The position numbers and the translations under genes are program-made. The notes beneath the pieces were generated by a model. It was not told the DNA's origin. It did not search any database and worked only from the letters and a program-made list of their open reading frames with translations. A DNA stretch of 64,000 bases from Chiloscyllium plagiosum (Eukaryota): contig NC_057719.1 in NCBI RefSeq assembly GCF_004010195.1, positions 34,569,692 through 34,633,691 on the forward strand, written 5' to 3'. The stretch's first letter is position 1. Each line of letters opens with the position of its first letter. Shown one piece after another: positions 1 through 13,184 of this stretch.

Positions 1-217
1 TATGGAATGAGCTGCCAGAGGATGTGGTGGAGTCTGGTACAATTGCAACATTTAAGAGGCATTTGGATGGGTATATGAATAGGAAGGGTTTGGAGGGATA
101 TGGGTTGGGTGCTGGCAGGTGGGACTAGATTGGGTTGGGATATCTGGTTGGCGTGGACAGGTTGGACCGAAGGGTCTGTTTCCATGCTGCACATCTCTAT
201 GACTCTATGACTCTATG
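1..217 (+). mobile_element. CR1/HER1-like LINE 3' end (cut by window edge)
   Basis: Encodes WNELPEDVVESGTIATFKRHLDGYMNRKGLEGYG (CR1 ORF2 C-terminus), then GGACCGAAGGGTCTGTTTCC and a (GACTCTAT)n tail. Confidence 0.9.
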
Positions 218-863
218 TCGACAGGGTGGTTAAAAAGGCATTTGGCATGCTTGCTTTCAATGCCTAGTCCTTTGAGTATAGGAGTTGGGAAGTTATGTTG
301 AGGTTGTACAGGACATTGATGAAGCCTCTTCTGGAATACTGTGTCCAGTTTTGGTCGATCAGTTATAGGAGAAGGTTCAGAAGAGATTTACCAGGATGTT
401 GTCTGGTATAGAAGGTTTGAGTTGCAAAGAAAGGCTGGAATAGACTAGGATTTTATTTTCACTGGAGCATAGCAAGTTGAGAAAGTGACCTTATTGAAGT
501 TTACAAAATACTGAGATGTATAGATAGAGTTAATAATAGTTGTCTTTTCTCGAGGATGGAAGATTTCAAGACCAGGGGGCACATTTTTAAGTTGAGAGGA
601 GAGGTGTTTAAAAAAGACATATGGGGCAAATGATTTACACAGAGGGTGGCTCGTGTGTGGAATGAACTTTCTGAGGAAGTGGTGAATGTGGGTACAATTA
701 CAATGTTTAAAAGACATTTGAATAAGTACATGATTAGGAAAGATTTGGAGGAATATGGGCCTGGGTCAGGCAAGTCGGACAAATTTAATTTGAGATTATG
801 TTCAGCATGGACTGGCTGGACCGAAGAGTCTGTTTCCGTGTTGTATAACTGTATGACTCTATG
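218..863 (+). mobile_element. CR1-like LINE, 5'-truncated
   Basis: ORF 646-867 RVWNELSEEVVNVGTITMFKRHLNKYM; upstream LLEYCVQFWS motif; tail GTATGACTCTATG. Confidence 0.9.
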
Positions 864-1379
864 TTGAACACTCGGCACCAACATCACAGATACATTCCAT
901 TGGCACCCAGTACACACATCCACACCCATGGACATTGCATCTGATATGTGTCAACATTTACAAAACCTCATGGCACATCTCAAATTTACTTTCAGAGCAT
1001 CTGCCCTTCAATGTTGCACCTCAGGCTATCATTGTAAAGCTGCAGCAAAGACACTGTGTATTCAGGGACATCCAGTTCATTGATTGGACTAGACTGCACC
1101 TCTAGACTCTTCATGTGCTGTCATAATACTTACAGACTCTGGACCTACATGGATGCTCACAGCATCCCAGCCTTGCATTGCCTTGACCTTTCGCCTTCAA
1201 ATACCAGGTTAATATCAATTGTGCCCAGCTTTGCCATTTAGCACAAGAAGAAAGCTTGTCCTGGTAGGTTACAGGCTTCAGTTAAGTAAAGGAGGATGGC
1301 CTTCAGGATCTGGCACAGTATATTAAGGGCTTAGAAATGGACAGTCAGCTACTACGGGTGGTCAGTATTAGGATGCTAT

Positions 1380-2130
1380 GCACATTAGAGGTGAGGAGCT
1401 GAATGTCAGAGAGCCTAACACTCACCTTGACTCTTCCTGTCCTACTGGAGGCTGTTTCCCTCATGGAATAAAAGAACATAGATATTAAGGGAGATGAAAG
1501 TGGGTGCCACATCAGTTACTGTTGTTGCTGCTGGCGATGTGCCAGATGAGTGAGTAAACAATGCAGAGGGCATGCAGGGTAAGTGGTTCAGGTTGGGTAG
1601 GTGACAGTGAGTGAGCAGGAAAGTGATAGAGCATGAGCCTTGACAAGGGATGGGTACAGTAGCAGAAATAGACTGAGTGTGAGGTATCAGAGAGGAGGTG
1701 ATATTATGCTGGGTGAGTGAAGGTCTTTGATCCTCTTCCTATAATGCTGTATGAATCTTCAGATAGCTGAGGTTACTTAACCCAGGTGACAACATTGGAC
1801 CAGGCTGGTATCTTGACCTCCACTGCTGGTCCTGGGGTAAATGAAAGTCCTGCCTCTGCACTACCCTGTCCTACAGAACCTCCTGGTAGTCATATTCTAG
1901 TTCTCGAGGTCTTACGCCCCACAAAGCAGAGTACTGAGATTTCCAATCTGCCAATCTATCCAGGACAAATGTCAGGAACTGTGCAGGGCAGCTTAGACAG
2001 ACAATGCACAACTGGCTTTTAAAGATGGCATGGACAGAAGGGATGCAGGTGAATTCTGGTATATCAGCTAAGTGGTGAATTTATTTAATAACGGGCACAT
2101 GGTAAAATGGGGCCAGAATTGAACGACAGA
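1380..2130 (-). mobile_element. Decayed Harbinger-type Myb/SANT (NAIF1/MSANTD-like) gene remnant
   Basis: Minus strand ~1716-1883 reads EVL*DRVVQRQDFHLPQDQQWRSR / IPAWSNVVTWV / QHYRKRIKDLHS across frameshifts. The upstream motif CAATTCTGGCCC...CATCTTTAAAA is shared with the copy at 35.46 kb. Confidence 0.6.
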
Positions 2131-4399
2131 AACCACAGGGTCAGGGTAGATAGTTAATGTGATGTATTTTATGGGATAAAGTGAGGAACCACGCAGAAAT
2201 CTCTCCAAAAATCTCAATGCAACCCAGATTTAGCCTGGTATGTGTGTATGGAAGAATTGTGTATTAGTCTTTGTCCCAGCTTTGCTGAGTTTTGCTGAAA
2301 CCAATTACTGCCATATTACCTGAACAGGGAGATTTAGCAGTATCCATGCACCACTCCCCACATTTATGTTACTTTGCATTAGGGAATATATAAATATCAT
2401 AACAGCATCTAGATACAGTCTTTCACTTAATTTCAAGAGAGCAAATTCTACCCTATTTGCATTTAGATGGGTGACACATCTCATCAGGCAAGTTTGGAAT
2501 CTTCAAACTAATGAAGGAGGGTTAGTTATGTTGGATAACTACCCCTTCTAAGAGTTTCTTGGTTACCTTATCCCAGGTAAACAAAAAAAACAGAGAAGAG
2601 AGACAGACCAAAGGCAGAAGTGGAATGGTGGTGCAAATGTGACCCAAATGAATAGGTACAACAGGCTTGAAGGGCTAAATGGTCTTCTCCTAGTATCCTA
2701 AAGTATGTATATAATGTACATTACTGGCAATGTGTGTAGAAAAGGTAGGTATGGTAGGTTACACATAGCATCACGTAGTGTTGTAAAATGACATTATCTC
2801 CATACATTTACATAGAATTCTAAAAGTATAATTACTGTTTTTTAATAAAAATAAGTTATTTGATTAAAGATAATACTTTCAATGAATTTTGAATGAATCT
2901 CCTGCACTTTCCAGTTAAGTTTCTGCAGCTGGGGGGTATCAGAGTTTTTTTCACTTTATTCATAGACCATGTGTTTGATTATTCAAAGCTATAACACATT
3001 GTAAGTAAAAATCCTTAATATTGATGCATAAAAAATGATTGCAATATGTATTGTACAATGTTAACATCTGGTTAACATCAGATACATGTCATCTTTTAAA
3101 ATAAAAATCAACCAACCTTTTCGATATCTTTATCTGTTCCTCTCTCTATTTTTGCCCGTTCTTTTCACTGGGTTGAATCCTGAGCCATTTTTAAAATCTG
3201 GGTGCAGTTGGTTGGATGAGGAATGGCAATAATTCTTGTAAAGCACAACTGAACTCTATGAAAATATTAACCACAAAACCTATCAGTCACAAGTAATCAT
3301 CAACTACAAGGCCAAATATGTAACGTGTTCCTAGGTTTTATGTAATGCTGGTTTACACCATTCTATAGAAAGTGCATGGCAATAAATCCAGTTCCCCACT
3401 AACATTTTGGAGACCCTGCTGAGATTTAGAATGAACTATGTAAAGAATCACATACACAAAACAAACAATTCTCCAAAAATGGCTGTCAATTCATTCATAA
3501 GATATGGATATCATTGTTTGGGCCAACATGTAGTGCCTATCCCAGGATGCTCTTTCATTTTCTCAATATGTCATACATGGTCTCATTTCAAATGAATATC
3601 TACGATACACCTGGACTCTGTCTCTCTCTCTTCTGCTGTGCTATCTTCTTCACAAAATTTGTTTGGTCAATAACCTCAAAACCTATGTTCAGGATCCAAG
3701 AGGAATACCAGTCCTTACAAAAATACACTGGGCTGCCTGAGGTCACACACACCTCACCCTCACCGACCTCCCAACGTCCCAGCAGTTAACCTGCTATCCA
3801 ACTGGTCACTTGATATTGCACTGAAAGCAATGGAATGCATTGAGAAGTCCATTTGACATTGGTTTGATACCTGTCAATTCTACTTAAATGAACACAAGAG
3901 TTAAAATGGTCCAAATCTCCAGAACAATCAGATGGTCAGTTCAGTCCAATAATCATCCATCTAACTTTCAAGTGGGGGCAGGGGGCAGGGTTGCAATTTA
4001 ACTTCTCTCAGTGATGTATGCTCAGAGCAATGCATTTGCAAGTACATTGTACACCGTGACTTGCCATAGTCATCTGTTAAAAGTGCTTTCGACTTAGGAT
4101 AAGCCTTAAAAACCTCCACATAAAATATGATTTCAGAAACATGCACCTAAAATGGTGTGAATTTCAGAGCTGTAAGAAATAGCTAAAAAGAATTAGAATA
4201 GAGGTCTGTAACGCTGACTCAGAATGATTGTGAATTTTCCTGTCCCTGGTTCTAAGAAAATGAATGATGATATACAACAGAATTAGAACATTTTCCAGTC
4301 TCAATAGTAAAATTAAGAGACAACTACGAAAGTTAAACAAAAATACAATTAAACAAATTACATCACTGAATAAACAGGAATAGCAACTGTGTCTCTCCT

Positions 4400-4720
4400 T
4401 TTTTACTTGTTCACAGGATGTGGGCATCATTGGCTAAGTCAGCATGTATTGTCCATTTCTAATTTTCCAGAGGGCAGTTGAAACTCAACCACATTGTTAT
4501 GGGTCTGGAGTTACACATAGGCCTGGCAGGCTTCCTTACCTAAAGGACATAGAAGCACCAAAGGGAAACAGACGGGTTTTTGCAACAATCAACAGACTAG
4601 CTTTAAATTCTAGATGTTTATTGAATTCAAATTTCACCATCTGCCATGTGAGATTTGAAACCATGTACTCAAGGTATTAGCCCAGGCTCTGGATTACTGA
4701 CAATATCACAATACCACTGC
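4400..4720 (-). mobile_element. Old tRNA-derived SINE with LINE-derived tail
   Basis: Minus strand starts with a degenerate pol III-like head (GCAGTGGT...GGTTTCAAATCTC) and ends ATGCCCACATCCTGTGAACAAGTAAAAA; tail resembles the LINE end at 63393-63515. Confidence 0.6.
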
Positions 4721-7700
4721 TTTATCAGTTCTGGGGATAGAGTGTTACAAGATGTATTGCACACTAGATCTCACTGAAGGGCAGAAAGGCCAGCGATGCG
4801 CATTGGAAACCCAATCAGAGTGCAAACATTCAACATTCTGTAAAAAGATTGAGCCTATATGGCAACCAGGGACCAGTGCAGAGCACTTGTTATCTCAATT
4901 TTATGCAATGTATGTGCACAGATACTATACCGTTGCAACTGCAAGCATATAGGTACAACTGGAGAAGCTGTTCCTTCACTGAAAACAGCTGCTCCTTCAC
5001 TGAGGACGAAATGATATTACCAACTACATAGACACATTGACCACCAGTCCCAGAGGCTCACTATTTGTCAGTAATAGGAACTGATCAGCAGCCTCAGTTA
5101 TCACAGCAATAGCACTCATCCTGGAAACAAAAGTCTCTGGTAAAGTAACAAAACTCTGCAAATGAACTGATGCCAGATGAACAGCCAACAACAATGTGCA
5201 CACATGCCATGAGTGGACCTGCACCAATTTAGAAATTATAAATGCAAAGAATGTGCAGAGACTGACAAAAGTGTAATGGACTAGAATTAACAAGCAGTTT
5301 TGTTCATGAACGATCTTTTTTTTATTCACTATATATTGTGGGTAACTGGAAACTGCAACGGATAATGCATGCACTTTGTTTGTTCTGATGAAAGTGGAGA
5401 TATTTAGAATGATACATTTGTAAGCCCACTACACGCTATGACCTGCTGTCATCACGTGCTTGTGTATAAAAGACAACCAATCCGAGACTGCCTATGCTAA
5501 TGCCCTCACCAGAATTTAAAATTATCCACAGCAGTAAAATCTTGCTTCTACCTTAAGTGGCTGCAATGAACTGCTGGAGATTCCTTCTAGGTTCTAGTTT
5601 AGTGTTTGGCATGTTTGGGCACACAAAAGAAAAATTAATACTGAATATTCAATGTATATGCAAAACACCTCAGGGAACTCCTAATATGATTTCAAATTGC
5701 AAAATACCATGGCTAATTTCACAAGTTTCACCTCCTGACACATAGTGTAAGTCAGAAATTTGGGTACAAAAACCATTGCTTACGATATTTTGCCATCCAT
5801 TAACATTAACTCCTAAAGCCATTTACCAAGAGCAGGAACTTGAAAAGATTATCATCTACTGCATGATAATAATGGAAGAGCAATCACTGCCTCAGCTAAA
5901 GGATGTCACAGCAAACAAACTCCATTAAAACCATGCTTTGGCCTCTAGGCTCTTGCATTTACAGTACTCATCTATCAAGTGCTGTTCACATTGAACTGAA
6001 ATCATGGGTTTATTTATCAAATAAAGTCAATATTTTAGATTACAACTTATACATCTTTGTAGATGCCTTGAGGGCTTCCTCTAGTGCACTGGAATTCTAA
6101 GTAATTTTTCCTGCACACTGCTGAAAACTTTATCACAGTGCATTCTTCAAACTAAAACAAGTTAAAATTGTAGTTGTGTTCCTGAAAAGTGTTGTTCAGA
6201 TTAAACAGCTTTAAGCGAATCAGATTTTCCCATTAAAAGCATTGTGAAAGCTGTTTTAAGGTTCAAAGGATCTTTGTCATCAGACAAACATTTCTAGAAA
6301 TACATTGCATTGCTAACCTGCTGTATTGGTGAATAGAATAACTTGAATTAAATTTTAAAGAATAAAGAAAATATGCTAACTTTCTATTTGACTCCCACTC
6401 ACTGCCTCTCCTGATCACCAAACATTGTACCTCGCCACACATCCTACTTCCTGACCCTACATGAAGCCAGAACAACCTTCCCTCTTATTGCTGATCCCAC
6501 AGTTCATGGCATCTGCCATTCTATGTCATTGACTCACTGTCATTGCAGGTGCCTCCTCTCCTGTTTGCCTTTCTCAACCCGTCACTGTGAGCAAATATTC
6601 TGGAGATGAACAGCAAGGAGCAGGAAGAGCAGCTTCAAATTGCAGGAGGTAGGTTGCAGGTGGGATGGTCTGTAGAGAGAGGGAGGTTCAGGGACTAGCA
6701 GAGACCATGAACCAGAGTGTCGGTAGTGAGAAAAAAAGTCAGGGAGTGGCAGAGACCACACAGCAGAAGGACAGCACAGATGATGAGCATTAGGGAACAG
6801 CAATTGAAAGCCACAAGTTAGAGAGTCTGCAGCAATCAGTAGGCTCAAGGAGCAGAAGATATCTGAACTAGCGGGTCAGCAAAAAGGAGCATTTGGGGGT
6901 GGCAGAGGCCAGCAACCATAGGGTCAGAGTGAGGCAAAGACTGTTCCAAAATAGCACAAATTGACTCATGCAGGTCTACATTAGATCATATGTGAAGCAA
7001 CTTTAAAACAAAACTCACAACAATAAATAGGAATATGGACCCCACATGAAACAACATAAAGCCAGCAACTTAAAATGGGAACTTATTGTAAATTTAATGT
7101 ATTTTTTTTATTTATATTCAGTCACAGTTGTGTGTATCCAAATGTAGAATTGCTGCCAACCAAATTGTCATTTGTCCTTGTGGAAATGTTATTCATGGTA
7201 ATGTACTATCTCAACATTAGTATGTGCACCAGACCTTAAACTTGCCCTGGCAGATAAATGAAACCACTCTTTTTGGTGATGCATTAGTAAGAACACTACA
7301 CAGGCCATTTAGGTGTATAAATTGGTATGCTTTCCAGCATTTTTCAGACAATAAGTGCCTTCGATGCTATCTGAGAGATTTAGCTGTGTGAGACAACTCA
7401 CACAAATTTGCATTGACCTCAAGCCACGAATGTGTTCATTGGACCCATTTTGTAAACATTCCAGGAGCAACAGGAATTAATGAATCACTTGATGTCTATT
7501 TATGGATCCCTCTGAGAGATTCATGTGTGATGAGTGCAGTAGGCATCCAGCCAGCAGAGGGCCAAAGGTAGGAGGTTGGAACCCGAGGGATTGAGTGCAG
7601 TTGGAGCTGCAGGCAGAAGGATGAGTCATGACGATGGATCTAAATGTGCATTTCTGTTCCTCCTGGTTTTACAGAGTTTTAAAGAAAATAATTACATTTT

Positions 7701-8820
7701 ATCACCATAATAAAAATCTTGGTGTTGTATCCAGAGACATAAAATACAAAAATAATATTGTATTATGTAATAGCTTCCTGCATCATATTGGTTGTATCCT
7801 GGGTGTAATTTTGGTATCTTAAAAATGCAAATTTATAAAAGATTGTGGTCTGATCCCTAGGTGGTCACTGAGTTTGGGCTGGGGATGTGCTTTCTTTGGG
7901 GAGGACGATAGTTCAAATTGGACAATGGGTTAAATAAGATGAAACTGGCCTTGTTATAATATTTGAAAGATCAACACTGTTACCATCACACCCACCACTG
8001 CACCTCAATTCCCCCTCCAATCTTAACATCTTCATTCCAACTCCATTACAACTGAAAATGTCTGAGTTACTGGTGGGTAGGGATTAGCTTTGGAATTTTT
8101 AAAAGTTTTTAAATCTCCTGAAACCCAAATCCACCCATTTTGGCTGACTCAAATTCATCTCATGTTGTTTTCCATTCACTGCAGTTGAGAAGGTTAACAG
8201 GTCACCTCATCCAAAGCTCTTAACTATTAGTAGGGATTCAGGATACAGTTGTGATAAAGCAAAGACAGATTACTGGCTATCGCAAAACCTAGCTATTGTT
8301 ATGCTCCCTGATCAGAGAGATGGTATCAAGATAGCATCAAAGCTAAGATAATCACTAATGGAAAGGGTAAAAAAAATCTTTGCACAGAGAGTACAAAGTT
8401 GGAAATCATAAGTCAACGTTGCGGCGATGTGTTCTTTAAAAGTGGACTGAGATATTTGCATGAAAAATAAGTTGCATTTATGGCTCAACCAGGAAAATAA
8501 GATTAGTTTGGAGGGTGCTCTTGGGAAAAAAAACAGCAAGCAACTGGGCAACCGATTGCTTTAAACAATATACTTGTATGAGAGTCAGGAAATATCATTG
8601 ACATCAAAGTGACAGCCATTCTGTCACTAAAATTTTGGAGGGAAGCTTCTATCTATTTGTGATTACAATTTTCTCTGCCTGATATAAATACACATTCATA
8701 TACAAATAAATTTGAATTCCATACATTATGCGCTTGAGATCCAGTATATCTCCATTACGTTCAGTTTGTATCCATTAATGGGATAAATGAAAGCTGTGAG
8801 TCAATTTGGCCATCATTGTG

Positions 8821-8996
8821 GCGACAGTGAGGACTGCAGATGCTGGAGATTAGAGTCAAGACTAGAGTGGTGCTGGAAATGCACAGCAGATCAGGCAGCA
8901 TCTGAGGAGCAGGAAAAAGGCTCCTACCCAAAACGCTTTCCTGCTCCTTGGATGCTGCCTGACTTGCTGTGCATTTCCAGCACCACTCTAATCTTG
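8821..8996. mobile_element. Penelope (Neptune-type) terminal fold-back mini-element
   Basis: Inverted arms ~8857-8916 and ~8937-8996; 15-bp TSD TTGGCCATCATTGTG at 8806-8820 and 8994-9008; arm sequence matches the terminus of the Penelope at 15549. Confidence 0.85.
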
Positions 8997-10039
8997 GCCA
9001 TCATTGTGTCAGGACAGTGTATAGGAACAAATTTAATCTTTTTCCTCTCCATCTCTAAAGGTTTTGGGTTCACCGGGTTTGTTATAGCAAACAAATCTAC
9101 AGACGTTGTTGCATTGTTTTCCCTTGCTCTGGAGATGCAGCCAAATGATAGTTTTAAAGTATTATATCTTCAAATTATTGTAGAGCATGTCAGTCACCTG
9201 AAGCGATGAAATTATTTTAAATTATTACATAGGGTTCTTTTTAACCTTTGAGAATTATGACGTGGGAAGCAGAGCAAAACTTATCTGTGTGTCTAGCCAC
9301 CACAACACGCTAGTCGTTTATTCAATTAGAATTTCTGAATACTATTTTAATGAGTTTGAAGTTATTATTTCACCATTATTGTTCCTTACTGCATGCAGCA
9401 GCAGTCTTTTTTTATATTAATAGACAATAGTTGTTAAGAATGAACAGACTGAACTAATTATTACTCCATCTTGCCATCCTTTTAGCTTCTAGGCAACAAT
9501 ATTAATTATTAAGGATGATCCAATATTCATTCCCTGTAACATATGTCATTAGGAGACATCCTTCTGGGACATTAAGTGCATATTAATCATCATAAACATT
9601 TTTGGGCATTGCTGTTATTTGCTTTACCATGCTGGCTGTGTTTGTCAAACTGTTAAATAGCTTAAATGTTTATTATAAACACCTGGAGAATTGGTGAAAT
9701 GCAATTAGGAAAGAGATTTATTTCTTCCAGAAATATGTAGATTATATAACATGGAAACTGGCTATTCAACCCTGTGCACAAGCAAACAGTTCCTGTCACA
9801 CATCCTTACACTGTCCGCACGTCCAAGCAACCTTTCTTTAACCTTCATGCAACTATCTGGTACAATCTTGAACACTGACATAGTTTCTACTCCAGCCACT
9901 AACTTAGGAAGTAAATTCCACATTTCTAGTACATTCTAAACATTTGGGGACAAATATTGATAGGATATTCAGGGAATAATGTTTCTATGGGATAGTGTTT
10001 TGAGATGAAACACTGGCCTAGCCAGAACTGCAATCTAGG

Positions 10040-10208
10040 TTTATTCAATATATCGTTTAATTGCATGACACTGTGATCTTTTGCTATAAATTCTGTGTTT
10101 TATGATTCTACTCCACAGCTACCTAATGAAGGAGCAGCGCTCTGAAAGCTAGTGCTTCCAAATAAACCTGCTGGACTATAACCTGGTGTTGTGTGATTTT
10201 TAACTTTG
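10040..10208 (+). mobile_element. Penelope-associated terminal repeat with degenerate hammerhead motif
   Basis: CCTAATGAAGGAGCAGCGCTCTGAAAGCTAG followed by AATAAACCTG...GTGTGATTTTTAAC; same family as 42108-42213 (opposite strand). Confidence 0.7.
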
Positions 10209-10631
10209 CATTTTTAAAAGCTTACCCTGTTGGATTCTGATAAATGTACTTTGAAACTGTTTAAAGTGCAGCCTAAAAGAATGGTGAGAAAGAGAAAGAT
10301 ATCCACAGATGAGGTCCTCAGGCAATTTTAACAGTTTGCTTGCCTACATCTCACCAGACAGCTGAAGTTAAAATTGGTTTCAGAAATTCCGAAGTACAAT
10401 TCGCAGTATGTCAGCACTCTTGTCAAGAATTGATTGAAAGGGTTATTCTTCACTCTGGGTTTTGAGGTTTGAATTCTCCTCTCCTTGGTAGTTTAGTAGC
10501 ATGGTGAGACATCTGCTTCCCATATTATTCTACTCAAACCATTGAAATTTCCACCCTGGTACCTTATTTGTCGTGCAGAGTTATTTGAAGTTGGTGAGGG
10601 CTCTCATCTCTGGGAAGGAGCGACACCTTCA

Positions 10632-10866
10632 TGAATTATTGTAACATGGTCAGCCAGGTGAACCTCATAGAATATGAGTTCCCTGATTGGGGTTGTTAAT
10701 CTTGTTGAACGAGGGAGTCTTGGCTAACAGATATAAACAAGAGTGTCAGAGGTTCTGTTCACTCTGACAGCTGGCTCTGAGGGAGCTGGATCAGCGTCAA
10801 GGACTCTTCACATGTAGATAAAGGGTAACTTGGTGACAGGTTACCAGCTTCACAGGAGTTATTGCA
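10632..10866 (+). mobile_element. Solo LTR, uninterrupted copy
   Basis: Collinear with the LTR at 33194-34436 once its inserts are removed; TATA-like GATATAAA, polyA-signal-like GATAAA, ends TTATTGCA. No clear TSD. Confidence 0.7.
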
Positions 10867-10901
10867 GCAACTACATAAAGTGCAAAATCATGTCCTGATT
10901 T

Positions 10902-11491
10902 TAGAGTTATAGAGTCATACAGCACAGAAGCTCACCTCCAGTCTAGCTCATGCATGATGACCAAGTTTCCCAAACTAAACTAGTCCCGTTTGCCTGCATT
11001 TGGCCCATATCCTTGTAAACCTTTCCTATTCATGTACCTATACGAATGTCTTTTAAATATTGTAACTGTTCCTGCATCTACCCCTTCCTCTGGCAGTTCA
11101 TTCCAGATACGAACCGCCCTCTGTGTGAAAAAGTTGTTCCTCAGATCCCTTTTAAATCTTTCTCCTCTCATCTTAAAATTTGCCCTCTAATTTTGAACTC
11201 CCCTACCTTAGGGAAAAGACTTTTGCTATTCACCTTATCTATGCCCCTCATGAGTTTATAAACCTCTATAACGTCATCCCTCAACTTCCTGCACTCCTGT
11301 AAAAAAGTCCCAGCCTATTTTTATAACTCAAACCCACCAATCACAGTAATATCCTTGTAAATCTTTTTTAAACCTTCTCCAATTTAATAATATCCTTTCT
11401 ATAGCAGGGTGACCAGAACTGTACAAAAGTGGCCTCACCAATGTCCTATATAACTGTAACATAATGTCCCAACTCACATACTCAATTCTGA
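10902..11491 (-). mobile_element. CR1-like LINE 3' fragment
   Basis: ORF 10980-11171 RGERFKRDLRNNFFTQRAVRIWNELPEE; ORF 11328-11594 contains LQLYRTLVRPLL; (GACTCTAT)-like tail. Confidence 0.9.
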
Positions 11492-11527
11492 TCAGAATTT
11501 CTTTCAGCTCAACATCAGTTAAACCAA

Positions 11528-11721
11528 GTAGGAGAAAGTGAGGACTGCAGATGCTGGAGTACCAGAGTTGAAAAATGTGGTGCTGGAAAAACACAGCAGG
11601 CCAGGCAGCAACCGAGAAGCAGGAGAATCGACGAAGAAGGGCTTATGCCCGAAATGTCGATTCTCCTGCTCCTTGGATGCTGCCTGGCCTGCTGTGTTTT
11701 TCCAGCACCACATTTTTCAAC
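11528..11721. mobile_element. Penelope (Neptune-type) terminal fold-back mini-element
   Basis: 66-bp inverted arms 11567-11632 and 11656-11721 around a hammerhead remnant GAAGAAGGGCTTATGCCCGAAAT; 19-bp TSD with 1 mismatch at 11509-11527 and 11717-11735. Confidence 0.9.
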
Positions 11722-12184
11722 ATCAGTCAAACCAAAACTACATTGAAATTGCAGAAGCAACAATGGTGTAAATGATTAAATATTTTCAATTACACTCTTG
11801 GATTGTCAGATTCCAAATTCAACCTATCATCCTATTCAGCAATGAGTTGACCTCCCTCATGCACATGTAGTCTGATGTCGAGACTGCTTTCCTTGTCTCA
11901 GAATTAGTCAGAGGCCTCACATTTCCACTGCCAGTACTCACTTCATTGCCTCAAACATCAGCTTGCAACATTTATTTGGATATTTTTCAAGCTTTCCTCA
12001 GCCACCAATTCTAAATTATTCAGAACCCCCATGCCTCCTCTTCATATCCATGGAAACCAACTTCCGCTTAGCTTGGTTTCAAATCTGGGTAGAACCCCCA
12101 AACCACGCTATCCCAAAGGCTTTCACTAGTTATACATTATCGTCAGTTACAAACCATTCCACTGCTTATTTTCCGCTCTCCATA

Positions 12185-12360
12185 CACCAGTTTACAGTTC
12201 ACTATCCATTCCCTGGACACCAGTCTAACAGTCATTTTCCATTCCCCAGACACTAGTCCAAGGCTCATCTACTACTCTCCAGATACCACTCTACTGTTCA
12301 TCTTCCAATCCCCACTCACCAGTCTATAGTTAATCTTCCATTCTCCAGATACCAGTCTAT
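12185..12360. repeat. 33-bp minisatellite, ~5.3 diverged copies
   Basis: Units start at 12185, 12218, 12251, 12284, 12317 and 12350; consensus approx. CACCAGTCTATAGTTCATCTTCCATTCCCCAGA. Confidence 0.85.
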
Positions 12361-13184
12361 CTCTCATACTAAAATCCCTTAGTGGTGCACATACTTTCGC
12401 CCAGCCTATCAGAATTGTCTTTCCAAATTTTTTTTCCTTGTCACCTCTCAGTATAATTCTGCTTCTCACTGTGCCTCAATGGTTATTTTCTCTCAACAGA
12501 ATTTATCTTTAATTTATTTTGATATTCAATCCAAGATATTTTTGTCAACAGCATTATAAAAATGAAGCTGTTATTTGATGTTCTTGTCAGAATCAGCATA
12601 TGACCAGAAACGATAGTTCATGAGTTGCCACCTACAGAAATGGTAATGATTCATAACAGAGACTGTGATCTGTTCCTTTCATTGTCAGTTGTCACCTTAA
12701 GTAAATTAAAGTTTCAAGACACCTACTTAACCAAACAAATGGTATATTCTTTGAACTATGTTGTATTCTCAAAGGGAAAAAATGAATGAATGACCTGAGA
12801 AGCTGACTCTTTAGCTGCTTGTTTTCCCTCTGCCTTTCTATTGAATAAAGGAGACCAGTGGTTTTTAATTCAGTGATGAAACCTCGTATTACACATGGCA
12901 ACATTTCTGCTATCCAATGAATTTCAAGGTTCTCCAGTCCTGGTTTTGTGCTGGGTCCACAACAGTTTATTTTAGCTCATTTTTTTCTGGTAGAGCTGTT
13001 TTTGTGTCAAATGTGTTCTGCTGAAATTTGCTCAAATTGCACTAAACAGCTCCACCTACTGAAAATTGTGCAGCCTGACAATAATCCTGTTCACCTTGAA
13101 GTGAAGATGGCCATGTTCATCATCTGCTATGTTTGGTAGGTGTACACGGGTGATTGCTGAGGTTAACCTGCACACAGGAGATTC

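Noticed and set aside
4964..5008. 21-bp tandem duplication
   Set aside because: Ordinary small slippage event.
6590..7960. Possible LTR or transposon remnant
   Set aside because: No termini, TSD or protein motif identified.
8787..9209. 140-aa ORF (and the similar ORFs at 11515-11775)
   Set aside because: They read through Penelope fold-back repeats; not genes.
12185..12360. CRISPR-like array
   Set aside because: Units are contiguous with no unique spacers, there are no cas genes, and the context is vertebrate.
12948..13139. 63-aa ORF as a coding exon
   Set aside because: No recognisable domain or convincing splice context.
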